A stretch of DNA of 64,000 bases from Bacteroidota bacterium (GCA_020832235.1 JAFIEZ010000003.1:464264-528263); one strand, 5' to 3'. Counted from the stretch's first letter, positions 46,906 to 55,622 are shown. Notes: generated by a model not told the origin, from the sequence alone. Program-made: numbers and translations.

Positions 46906-48061
46906 TCAGTTCTTTTGCAAACTCCTCAATGGTTTGCGTTGGTGTTATAATGGGGGGCATGATGCGCATGACATCTGCTACATCAGATGTGCCGGTAATC
47001 CAGCCTCTGTGGAAAAGCTCGCGCACAACGGTTTTCGCTTCTACTGGCAATTTGAGCCCGATAAGGCATCCCCTTCCACGAATTTCAATAGGGGTATCTT
47101 TTAGTGCCTCAAGGAGTGTGTTAAACACCAGGGGAGCATGTGCCATGTGGTTCTTAACATCGATTTCCTCCAGCGTAGCTTCACAGGCCGCGCTAGCCAG
47201 CATTCCTCCAGCAAATGTTGACCCCAGATCCCCGTTACTCAGCTGACCGGCGATTCGGTCGGGCATCAAAACTGCACCAATAGGGAACCCGGCCGCAAGG
47301 CTTTTGGCCAAGGTGATAATGTCGGGTTTCATATTCACATGTTCACAAAACGAGAAGGTGCCGGTTCGTCCTACGCCGGTCTGTATTTCATCGAAGATGA
47401 GTAGCACGCCGTATTCGTCGCATATTGCACGAACATCTTGGTAATAGGCATCTTCAGCCATATTACACCCATTTATGCTCTGAATAGGTTCTATAATAAA
47501 TCCGGCAACATCGGTATTCATACTAAGAAATTCCCTTAGGGCAGATGCATTTCCAAACGGAACAAAGGAAACATCCGGCATCGCGAAACGATATGGTAGG
47601 CGCAGCTTCTCGCTATGTGTTACAGAAAGGGATGCAAGCGTTCTGCCATGCCAACCGCCTATCGTTGAAACTATTCGAGTTTTCCCGGTTATTTTCCAGG
47701 CCAGTTTGATGGCGTTTTCGTTGGCTTCCGTTCCAGAATTGCAGAAAAAAACTTTATCGAATCCTTCGGGGGCCATTTCAATGAGTTTCCGGGCTGCTTT
47801 TCCACGCGATGGATGATAAATTACATTGGAATAAAACATGAGCTGTTTAGATTGCTCATGAATTGCGTCAATCACACGCTGAGGGGAATGGCCTAGTATA
47901 GAAACGCAATGGCCACCATATAAATCGGTATATTTTTTCCCGTCGATATCGAACAAATAGATGCCTTCTCCGTGAGTAAATACAACGGGATATCGCGCAT
48001 AGGTAGCCGCTTCGTACTGGTCTTCTAAAGCTTTCCAGTCTATGTTTATATTATTTGTCAT
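46886..48061 (-). CDS. argD: acetyl(succinyl)ornithine aminotransferase
   Basis: 391 aa, class-III aminotransferase. NSGTEANE, FDEIQTG and TLAKSLA (PLP Lys) motifs. Confidence 0.9.
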   Translation of the reverse strand: MTNNINIDWKALEDQYEAATYARYPVVFTHGEGIYLFDIDGKKYTDLYGGHCVSILGHSPQRVIDAIHEQSKQLMFYSNVIYHPSRGKAARKLIEMAPEGFDKVFFCNSGTEANENAIKLAWKITGKTRIVSTIGGWHGRTLASLSVTHSEKLRLPYRFAMPDVSFVPFGNASALREFLSMNTDVAGFIIEPIQSINGCNMAEDAYYQDVRAICDEYGVLLIFDEIQTGVGRTGTFSFCEHVNMKPDIITLAKSLAAGFPIGAVLMPDRIAGQLSNGDLGSTFAGGMLASAACEATLEEIDVKNHMAHAPLVFNTLLEALKDTPIEIRGRGCLIGLKLPVEAKTVVRELFHRGWITGTSDVADVMRIMPPIITPTQTIEEFAKELIDVISK

Positions 48062-48084
48062 ACAACCTACATTATCTTTATGTA

Positions 48085-49107
48085 CTACAATATGATACCT
48101 GGATACATGAGCCCGGTTTCTTCAGGTAAATCGAACATCAAATTCAGGTTTTGAACCATCTGTCCTGCTGCACCTTTCCCCATGTTATCAATGGCCACTC
48201 CGATGCTGAATATATGTTTATCCTGCTGCCATCCGATGTCTGTAAATGCTGTTCCAACTACCGGCTTGAGCTCTGGCAAAGAAGAACGAAGTCGCACCAG
48301 CGGCGAATTATAATAAACACTTTCAAACGACTCTGTAAGGTCGTGAGTTTTCTTTAGTTCACCGGAAATATTCATCCAGATTCCGCGCACAAATGGACCA
48401 GATACAGGGGTAAAATGTATATCGGCTTCTACGCCAGCGATGCGCTGGGTATGGCGACTAACCTCACCGAGATGCTGATGTTTGAATACTTTGTAGGCTT
48501 TCACGTTTCCAAATCGATTCGAAAAGTGCGTTGTTTCTGAAGGCTTGGCACCCGACCCCGATGAACCTGTCATTCCGGTCACAAAATACCGATTGGAGAG
48601 TTCCGATAGCATCAACGGCAGTATTCCCATTTGAAGTGCCGTAGCAAAACAACCTGGATTGGCTACGTAGTCGGCATTGCGTATTTGCGCGCGATTATAC
48701 TCGGTGAGCCCGTAGGTAAATCGATTTAGTAATTGTGGATGAGGATGCTTACTTCCGTACCAGGTCAGGTAGTCATCTGGGTTCGGAAGACGGAAATCTG
48801 AACCGATATCGATTATCTTACCCTTATACCCTGCTTGGATGAGTTCATGCGCTGCATCTGCAGATTTTCCGTGAGGGAGAGCCAAAATCACAGCGTCGGA
48901 TGCATCGGCGGCGAGTTTTGATAAGGGCAGTATCGTCTGATGAAGGATTTCAGCGAAAGCCGGGTATATTTCATCGACGCTCTTCCCTGCCGAATCGTGA
49001 CCATAGAGATGGTGGATTTCAAATATAGGGTGCTGGAGCAGATATCTTATGGTTTCCATACCGGTATATCCGGAAGCACCTGCAATCGAGAGTTTAATTT
49101 TATTCAT
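48085..49107 (-). CDS. argC: N-acetyl-gamma-glutamyl-phosphate reductase
   Basis: 340 aa. GASGYTG, and ANPGCFAT with the catalytic Cys. Confidence 0.9.
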   Translation of the reverse strand: MNKIKLSIAGASGYTGMETIRYLLQHPIFEIHHLYGHDSAGKSVDEIYPAFAEILHQTILPLSKLAADASDAVILALPHGKSADAAHELIQAGYKGKIIDIGSDFRLPNPDDYLTWYGSKHPHPQLLNRFTYGLTEYNRAQIRNADYVANPGCFATALQMGILPLMLSELSNRYFVTGMTGSSGSGAKPSETTHFSNRFGNVKAYKVFKHQHLGEVSRHTQRIAGVEADIHFTPVSGPFVRGIWMNISGELKKTHDLTESFESVYYNSPLVRLRSSLPELKPVVGTAFTDIGWQQDKHIFSIGVAIDNMGKGAAGQMVQNLNLMFDLPEETGLMYPGIIL

Positions 49108-49109
49108 GG

Positions 49110-50189
49110 TTATACTCTAAAATCGTCGTTCGCAGTTGAAGGGAGTGTTAATGCCGACTCTGCGACCCACTCGCCAAGCTTTTGTGGATCACTCACGGCA
49201 TTGACCGCACGAATACCCATGGTATTCTGAATAAACTGAATGCCTACCAGGTTATCCGTTACCGGACCGGTAATGATGGTGATTCCCCTGCTGTATCGCT
49301 TTCTGAAAAAATGGTCGGCTGCCCAGCATCCCATAAAGTCCTGCGCGGCTACAACATGTACTGAGGTAAATTTTTGAATTTCTTTGTCCATAAGCAGACT
49401 GTCTACACCGTATGCTCCGATAATACCATCTCCAAATTCCAAGACAATTAAATCGGGATTCTGCTTGTTCAGGTGCTTGATGAGTCCTTTGGCCATTGGC
49501 AGAATATTTTTCCCGGTAGTTGATACCAGTCCAGCTTCTGAGAAATGCGTACAGGCTATGGCACCCTGGTCCATCATAGAACGCACATCCCGCATCAACG
49601 ATGCACCGGTTAGTTTTGCGGCGGCAACTTTGTACCCTTTGGCCGACAATTGTTTAACAATCTGAGTTGCGGCCATGGTTTTACCTACGTTCATGCAGGT
49701 ACCGGTTACGGCAATCAAAGGTACACTATTCGTTAGTTCATATTCCCATTCAATAGCAAAATCTTGAATACAAGCGTGCTTCATGATGTCATCATCTTTT
49801 ATCATCACAGCACCAACAACTTCCGCCCGCATTGCGGGACCGAAATCAGGATGTGGTGATTGACAGAATCCAATGATTCCACCCATATTGAGTATATGAA
49901 GTACATCTCCAGCTTTAATAGCACGTGGTACAACACCGCTATAACCGCGCAAGGCCTGTCGCTCACCGAGAGCACCTACAACGATATCTCCTTTTTTATA
50001 GGCAATAAAGTTGCCTTCTGCATTCTCAATTTTGTTATAGGTTTCTTTATCATCCAGCAGCTTAACCGCCACAACGTACCCTTCCTGGGCCACTATGCTT
50101 TTGGAAACTGGTAATTTCCCCTGCAGTTTAACGGCTCCTGAACTGGATGCGATAATATCGGCGGTTATGGTCTCAAATTCTGTAGTCAT
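49110..50189 (-). CDS. uncharacterised 359-aa protein with GT-x3-VGKT P-loop-like motif, embedded in the arg operon
   Basis: Motif IAVTGTCMNVGKTMAATQIVKQLSAKGYKVAAAKLTG, then DLIVLEFGDG. Overlaps the argG stop by 4 nt and lies 2 nt from the argC start. Confidence 0.75.
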   Translation of the reverse strand: MTTEFETITADIIASSSGAVKLQGKLPVSKSIVAQEGYVVAVKLLDDKETYNKIENAEGNFIAYKKGDIVVGALGERQALRGYSGVVPRAIKAGDVLHILNMGGIIGFCQSPHPDFGPAMRAEVVGAVMIKDDDIMKHACIQDFAIEWEYELTNSVPLIAVTGTCMNVGKTMAATQIVKQLSAKGYKVAAAKLTGASLMRDVRSMMDQGAIACTHFSEAGLVSTTGKNILPMAKGLIKHLNKQNPDLIVLEFGDGIIGAYGVDSLLMDKEIQKFTSVHVVAAQDFMGCWAADHFFRKRYSRGITIITGPVTDNLVGIQFIQNTMGIRAVNAVSDPQKLGEWVAESALTLPSTANDDFRV

Positions 50190-51385
50190 GATAGCTTATT
50201 CTGATGTGCAATTTTTGAAGTTAGGCCGTATAGTTTAGAGAAAGCGCGGGCTTCTTCGCCGGTCCATCCGGTGCTTTCTTCTCCATATTTTGCGAAGCTG
50301 GCATTCATAAGGCTATTTGGAGATGAAGCACCTAGTGGAAACAGGTTTCCATGACCAATGTATAGTCTGGAATCTCCCTTAACCAGCTGCTGGGAACTGT
50401 CAAAGAATGCTTCAATGTCGCGCATTACAGGGTCATAATAATGCCCTTCATGCAGGAGCATCCCATACATGTCGGCTTGTTGATCTTTTAGCTGTCGTTG
50501 CCACTTGGTTAACACTAGTTTCTCTAGTTCTTTGTGGGCAAGATATACAATGGTGGCGACTGGAGCTTCAAATCCAATGCGGCCCTTGATGCCAATAATG
50601 GTGTCACCCAGGTGCATTCCCCTGCCAACACCATGTTTTCTGCCACATTCTAGCAAATACTGAAGTAGTTCCTTGTTCTTCATCTTTTCGCCATTGACGG
50701 CAAATGGCAACCCATTGTGGAACGATATCGTGAGCTCCTCAGCCTGCTCTGTAAACTGCGATGGCGATTTAAGATGAGGAAATGCATCAAACGGTAGCGA
50801 CTGATCAGAAGTTGTGGTTTCTTTACCACCAATGGTTGTGCCCCAAATACCGTCATTAATCGAATACTGTGTTGTTTTCTCCTCTACATGAAACCCCTTG
50901 CTTTGAAGATACTTCGTTGTATCGGTTCGCGTTAACTCTTTGTCTCGAATAGGTGTAATAATTTCAGCACCAGGAATTAACGTACGTAATGCCGCATCAA
51001 ATCGAACCTGATCATTACCGGCTCCGGTGGATCCATGAGCAACAGCTTCTGCACCAATACGTCGGGCATATTCAGCAATCTGTTCTGCCTGAATGAAACG
51101 CTCTGCTCCAACCGATAGCGGATATGTTCTGTCGCGAAGAACGTTCCCTTTAATTAAATTTGAGATTATTCTATCGTAGAGCATGTCAAAGGCCGGAACA
51201 CACTCAAAATGCGCTGCCCCCAACTCTTTTGCCCGCTTATCAACAAGCTGTATTTGCTCATCATCCATCCCAAGACAATCAACCAATACGGCATGAATTT
51301 CAGCCTGGTAGTTTTCAATTAAGTACGGAATACAAAAACTGGTGTCTAGTCCGCCACTATAGGCAAGTACAATCTTTTTAGTCAT
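50186..51385 (-). CDS. argG: argininosuccinate synthase
   Basis: 399 aa. LAYSGGLDTS, AHGSTGAGNDQVRF. Confidence 0.95.
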   Translation of the reverse strand: MTKKIVLAYSGGLDTSFCIPYLIENYQAEIHAVLVDCLGMDDEQIQLVDKRAKELGAAHFECVPAFDMLYDRIISNLIKGNVLRDRTYPLSVGAERFIQAEQIAEYARRIGAEAVAHGSTGAGNDQVRFDAALRTLIPGAEIITPIRDKELTRTDTTKYLQSKGFHVEEKTTQYSINDGIWGTTIGGKETTTSDQSLPFDAFPHLKSPSQFTEQAEELTISFHNGLPFAVNGEKMKNKELLQYLLECGRKHGVGRGMHLGDTIIGIKGRIGFEAPVATIVYLAHKELEKLVLTKWQRQLKDQQADMYGMLLHEGHYYDPVMRDIEAFFDSSQQLVKGDSRLYIGHGNLFPLGASSPNSLMNASFAKYGEESTGWTGEEARAFSKLYGLTSKIAHQNKLS

Positions 51386-51399
51386 CTGTAAATATCCCT

Positions 51400-51437
51400 A
51401 AAATAAAAAAGGACAGAACCTTTTGAAGATTCTGCCC
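51400..51437 (-). terminator. attenuator terminator in the argG leader
   Basis: On the minus strand, GGGCAGAATC-ttcaaaa-GGTTCTGTCC is followed by TTTTTTATTTT. It ends 14 nt before the argG ATG. Confidence 0.75.
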
Positions 51438-51472
51438 TTTCGATAAAGTTACATTCCACGATGCAAACAACA

Positions 51473-51553
51473 TTAACTTTCGGACATTATCTTCTCAAAG
51501 GAGATTTCCCTGCGAAGACGGCGCCTGATTATAATATTAATTGTTTGGATCAT
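51473..51553 (-). CDS. arginine-codon-rich leader peptide MIQTINIIIRRRLRREISFEKIMSES
   Basis: 26 codons from ATG to TAA. Codons 10-15 are AGG CGC CGT CTT CGC AGG. The 3' end of the ORF can pair with the 5' arm of the downstream terminator. Confidence 0.65.
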   Translation of the reverse strand: MIQTINIIIRRRLRREISFEKIMSES

Positions 51554-51658
51554 GCGTAGTAGATACCAACTATTTCAACAGATTGCAACCAGTTTTTGTA
51601 TTTTTTTGATAAAGAATTCAAGCAGCTCTGGCTGATCTCCAAATTAACTGGCTAAATA

Positions 51659-52612
51659 ATGACGCAACAAGAAAAACTCACAGAACTTGTCAGGCAACGA
51701 GCGGCAGCTTTGGGTTTCGAGGCATGCGGATTTTCGAAGGCGCGCCGATTAGTTGAAGAAGAGTCGAGACTAGAAACCTGGCTCAAGGAATCGAGACATG
51801 GTAGTATGTCGTATATGGAGCGCAATTTCGACAACCGTTTAGACCCTGCTCGTCTTGTTCCTGGTGCAAAGTCAGTCGTTTCGGTTTTTTGCAGTTACAA
51901 TCAGCCCAATTTGTTCCGGCAAACCAAGAACAGAGCAGACATCCCAAGAATTTCCAATTACGCACTTGGTGAAGACTATCATACCGTTTTGAAGGAGAAG
52001 CTATTCGAACTATATAACTATACCGAAGAGCTTACCGGTAGCGAAATTAACGGTCGAGTGTTTACAGATTCCGCTCCGGTATTAGATAAAGCCTGGGCAC
52101 GGCTGTCGGGACTGGGGTGGATTGGCAAGAACAGTAATTTACTGAATAAAGAGATGGGTTCTTTTTTTTTCATTGGGGAGATGATTATAGACGTAGACTT
52201 TGAATACGATACCCCTGTAGCCGATCATTGCGGAAGATGCACCAAATGTATTGATGCTTGCCCAACCCAAGCCATTTATGAGCCATACAAAGTCGATGGC
52301 AGCAAATGCATTTCCTATCTTACCATTGAGCTTCGAGAAGCTATCCCCCAGGAGTATCATTCGGCAATGGGACAGTGGATGTACGGCTGTGATATCTGCC
52401 AGGATGTTTGTCCGTGGAACCGAAAGGCAAAAGCCGGAAGTGAACCTCGCCTTATGGCAGATGCATCCATAACCATGCAAGATGCGGTCTTTTGGGATGA
52501 GCTGGACTTGCATGAATATCGCAGGCTTTTTAAAAACAAAGCCATCAAAAGAGCAAAATTTGATGGAATAAAACGAAACATCGCTATTGTGAACAACAAT
52601 CTGAGTTCATAA
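51659..52612 (+). CDS. queG: epoxyqueuosine reductase
   Basis: 317 aa. The two ferredoxin-type clusters are CGRCTKCIDACP and CDICQDVCPWN. Confidence 0.9.
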   Translation: MTQQEKLTELVRQRAAALGFEACGFSKARRLVEEESRLETWLKESRHGSMSYMERNFDNRLDPARLVPGAKSVVSVFCSYNQPNLFRQTKNRADIPRISNYALGEDYHTVLKEKLFELYNYTEELTGSEINGRVFTDSAPVLDKAWARLSGLGWIGKNSNLLNKEMGSFFFIGEMIIDVDFEYDTPVADHCGRCTKCIDACPTQAIYEPYKVDGSKCISYLTIELREAIPQEYHSAMGQWMYGCDICQDVCPWNRKAKAGSEPRLMADASITMQDAVFWDELDLHEYRRLFKNKAIKRAKFDGIKRNIAIVNNNLSS

Positions 52613-52664
52613 AACTCGTTTTCCATATCTTTAGCTAAGTATCTAGTTACCATATGCAACCTTA

Positions 52665-53165
52665 ATGCCAGCTAAAAGAATACTCGCCTTTTTATTTATC
52701 CTCTCAATTGTGATCGGCTGCTCCAGAGACTCCGACCAGGAGGAATTTGAGCGTCAGGCTTTTTCTGCGCCTGAGAATATTACGCGCACCTCTGCATCTG
52801 GAGAGGTATTGCAAACAGACCCGGACGATTGGAGAATAGCTCCAATGTTTCAGGGGTTTGTAGAAGTCATTCAGCCACCTTATCCAAATCCATCTGCAGG
52901 ACAGCGATTCACACTTGAGATTCTGATTACAGGATTGGAATCCATCTTCGGGTTGGAAGTTTATACCCGAAATGCATTCGGCAGACCGGTTATGATATAC
53001 AATGACACCAGAAGACCATTGCCACCCGGAATATCAGATATTAATATTGAACCGTCTTGGTTAAGTACCAACGGCACTTACAGCGGAGCAATCGGGTTAC
53101 ATAGAATCTTTATTTATGATGGCAGTGGAAATATGATAACCTATGGCGACCTGGAGGTTCAATAG
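52665..53165 (+). CDS. small lipoprotein with Ig-like/T9SS-CTD-like motif
   Basis: Lipobox VIGC. The internal PYPNPSAGQRFTLEI resembles the start of FlgD-Ig/T9SS CTD beta-sandwich domains. Confidence 0.45.
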   Translation: MPAKRILAFLFILSIVIGCSRDSDQEEFERQAFSAPENITRTSASGEVLQTDPDDWRIAPMFQGFVEVIQPPYPNPSAGQRFTLEILITGLESIFGLEVYTRNAFGRPVMIYNDTRRPLPPGISDINIEPSWLSTNGTYSGAIGLHRIFIYDGSGNMITYGDLEVQ

Positions 53166-53452
53166 TGAGAAAACTAACACCCTCTGAGAGAGTTGTATTA
53201 GCCAAGCTTTACCATATGGAATCAATGCAGACCCTTCTGGATGAAACCGGTCTTCAGTACGGCGAGTTGCGAGATGATCTTACAAATTTAATCAGCAGTC
53301 GACTTATTGAGGTGTATGATGGCTCCACAGGTCCGCAGAACGGCTTTTATGATCTGGATAACCTGATGGATTATTATTTTCGAATTACACGCTTAGGAAT
53401 TACTACATTAGTTACATCAAATGGAACTTCAAGCAACATACAAACGAACTAA
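53165..53452 (+). CDS. hypothetical 95-aa protein
   Basis: ORF with GTG start abutting the upstream stop. No motif recognised. Confidence 0.35.
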   Translation: MRKLTPSERVVLAKLYHMESMQTLLDETGLQYGELRDDLTNLISSRLIEVYDGSTGPQNGFYDLDNLMDYYFRITRLGITTLVTSNGTSSNIQTN

Positions 53453-53915
53453 GCGAGATTATAAGGTAGTAGGTAAAGACCTTCAAGCAAATCATCAGTC
53501 TATTGAATATTGGTTGGAGCCTTATGGAGACGACGGATATATTCTATCTATAAACGGAGATATGTACCAAGTTTATGATGTTGATATCGCTGAAGATACT
53601 ATCTCATTTACACTTGATGGAGCTCGTTACTCTATAGGGTTAAAAGACGAACAAACATTGTTATTGGAAAAAATGGGCTTTAAGTCCGGGTCGAAGAAAA
53701 CGGAAGGTAATATAAAAGCCCCGATGCCAGGAAAAATACTTCGCGTCGAAATTTCGGAGGGTGATTCAGTTGATGCGGGTCAGACTGTAATCGTATTAGA
53801 GGCTATGAAAATGGAAAATGAACTGAAAGCTACTGCCTCCGGAAAAATTCTCAAAATTTATGTAGCTACAGGTGAGTCAGTAGAAAAAAACACAACGTTA
53901 ATTGAAATCGGATAA
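53421..53915 (+). CDS. biotinyl-domain (BCCP-like) protein
   Basis: 164 aa. The C-terminal biotin attachment motif is VLEAMKMENELKA. Confidence 0.8.
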   Translation: MELQATYKRTKRDYKVVGKDLQANHQSIEYWLEPYGDDGYILSINGDMYQVYDVDIAEDTISFTLDGARYSIGLKDEQTLLLEKMGFKSGSKKTEGNIKAPMPGKILRVEISEGDSVDAGQTVIVLEAMKMENELKATASGKILKIYVATGESVEKNTTLIEIG

Positions 53916-53935
53916 ATTCATTGGATAAATTCATT
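53910..53935. repeat. perfect 13-bp tandem duplication GGATAAATTCATT x2 at the BCCP-like stop / murA start
   Basis: Positions 53910-53922 and 53923-53935 are identical. Confidence 0.95.
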
Positions 53936-55189
53936 ATTGAAGGTAACACCCCACTCAAAGGGAATATTACTGTTAGCGGTTCTAAAAATGCGGCACTGCC
54001 ACTCATGGCTGCAGCACTTCTTGGCAACACCCCTTCTGTTTTAGAGAACATTCCCAGACTAAACGATATTTACACATTCAACAATGTTCTACGAGTAACC
54101 GGAACCGTGGTTGACTTTAATGAGGGTGGTAATCAGTTAACTATAAACCCCTCAAATTTATCATTTCCTGAATCACCTTATGATCTGGTGCGAAAAATGA
54201 GGGCGTCATTTTATATGTTAGGTGCACTTCTAGCTCACAGCGGTTACGCTAAGGTTTCTCTCCCGGGCGGTTGTGCCTGGGGGCCCCGTCCTGTAAATCT
54301 GCACCTTGAAGGGCTTAAGGCATTGGGTGCTGAAATAACGATGGATAAGGGCTATGTTATTGCAAAAGCGCCGAACGGTCGTTTACCTGGTGGCAATTTC
54401 AAGCTTGAGCCGAGCAGTGTGGGTGCTACGGTAAATATCCTGCTCGCGGCCGTGAAAGCACAGGGAGTATCTGTGATTCGTAATGCTGCTCGTGAACCAG
54501 ACGTAGTTTTACTTTGTCAGGCATTGAATTCAATGGGTGCCAGAATCAAAGGTTTGGGAACATCAGAGTTAACTATTGAGGGTGTTTCGGAATTACAAGG
54601 CACAACGTTCAGAAATGCGCCAGACCGAATTGAAGCCGGAACGTTTATGATTGCTGCTGCTATGCATCCGGAATCTGATCTTACCATAGATAACATAGAT
54701 CCATCTGACTTAGGTCATTTTCGTCAAACTTTCGATCAAATAGGTGTAACCACAACCTATTCCGACAATGCTGTACGGGTTCAACCTCCTGAAAAATTGA
54801 ATGCAGTATCCATAAAAGCTGAAATCTATCCAGGCTTCCCTACCGATCTGCAGGCCCAGTGGGCCACAATGCTTACGCAGGCTCATGGTGAAGCTACAGT
54901 GACAGACCATATTTATTATGACCGATTTAGCTATGTCCCCGAGTTGGGCAGATTGGGTGCCAATGCTGTATTACATGAAAACACAGTCACTATTAAAGGC
55001 AAAACTCCTCTTCAGGGAGCATCGGTGATGAGCACAGACCTCAGAGCAAGTGTAAGTTTGGTTATGGCGGGGATGGTGGCCGAAGGAACTACTGAGGTAC
55101 TTCGGGTGTACCATCTGGATCGCGGTTACGAAAACCTGGAGAAAAAACTAAATGCGGCAGGTGCATTGATTTCCAGAGTATCTGAGTAA
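53921..55189 (+). CDS. murA: UDP-N-acetylglucosamine 1-carboxyvinyltransferase
   Basis: 422 aa, TTG start. MDKFIIEG, SGSKNAALP, and the active-site loop LPGGCAWGPRPVNLH. Confidence 0.93.
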   Translation: MDKFIIEGNTPLKGNITVSGSKNAALPLMAAALLGNTPSVLENIPRLNDIYTFNNVLRVTGTVVDFNEGGNQLTINPSNLSFPESPYDLVRKMRASFYMLGALLAHSGYAKVSLPGGCAWGPRPVNLHLEGLKALGAEITMDKGYVIAKAPNGRLPGGNFKLEPSSVGATVNILLAAVKAQGVSVIRNAAREPDVVLLCQALNSMGARIKGLGTSELTIEGVSELQGTTFRNAPDRIEAGTFMIAAAMHPESDLTIDNIDPSDLGHFRQTFDQIGVTTTYSDNAVRVQPPEKLNAVSIKAEIYPGFPTDLQAQWATMLTQAHGEATVTDHIYYDRFSYVPELGRLGANAVLHENTVTIKGKTPLQGASVMSTDLRASVSLVMAGMVAEGTTEVLRVYHLDRGYENLEKKLNAAGALISRVSE

Positions 55190-55622
55190 AGTCGTACAAT
55201 ACCGTAATTCTAGCATTACGAATTGGATATTTTATATCAGACAATATCGGTGTATATTGACACAACCTGAATACATCAGGCCAAAAACTTGTTACACCAA
55301 TTAACGCTCCAGGAATATACATTGAATCAAAATCAATTATATCACGGTTTTATAGACGCTGCGACGCGTTTATTGGTAATACTTTTCAGAATTGTTCAGA
55401 CCACTACTCTACCTGGTAGGTATATAATACCTGAACATTCGCCCGCACCCTATCCGGTTGGTCTACAACCAATTAACAGAAATTCAGAACCAACAGGTAC
55501 TCGGTCTTCACAAGGGTCAACTACACCGTTTTACATACTATTTTTCAGGATGAGGCATTATATTGAATTAATGCCACGAAACTGTGCTGTACTGAGTACC
55601 TGCTTGCATATTGTCAAGTTAA

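Noticed and set aside
51607-51624. ARG-box-like sequence TTGATAAAGAATTCAA upstream of the arg leader
   Set aside because: It is only a partial match to the TGAAT-wwww-ATTCA palindrome (one good half-site) and is a single copy. That is insufficient to call an ArgR operator.
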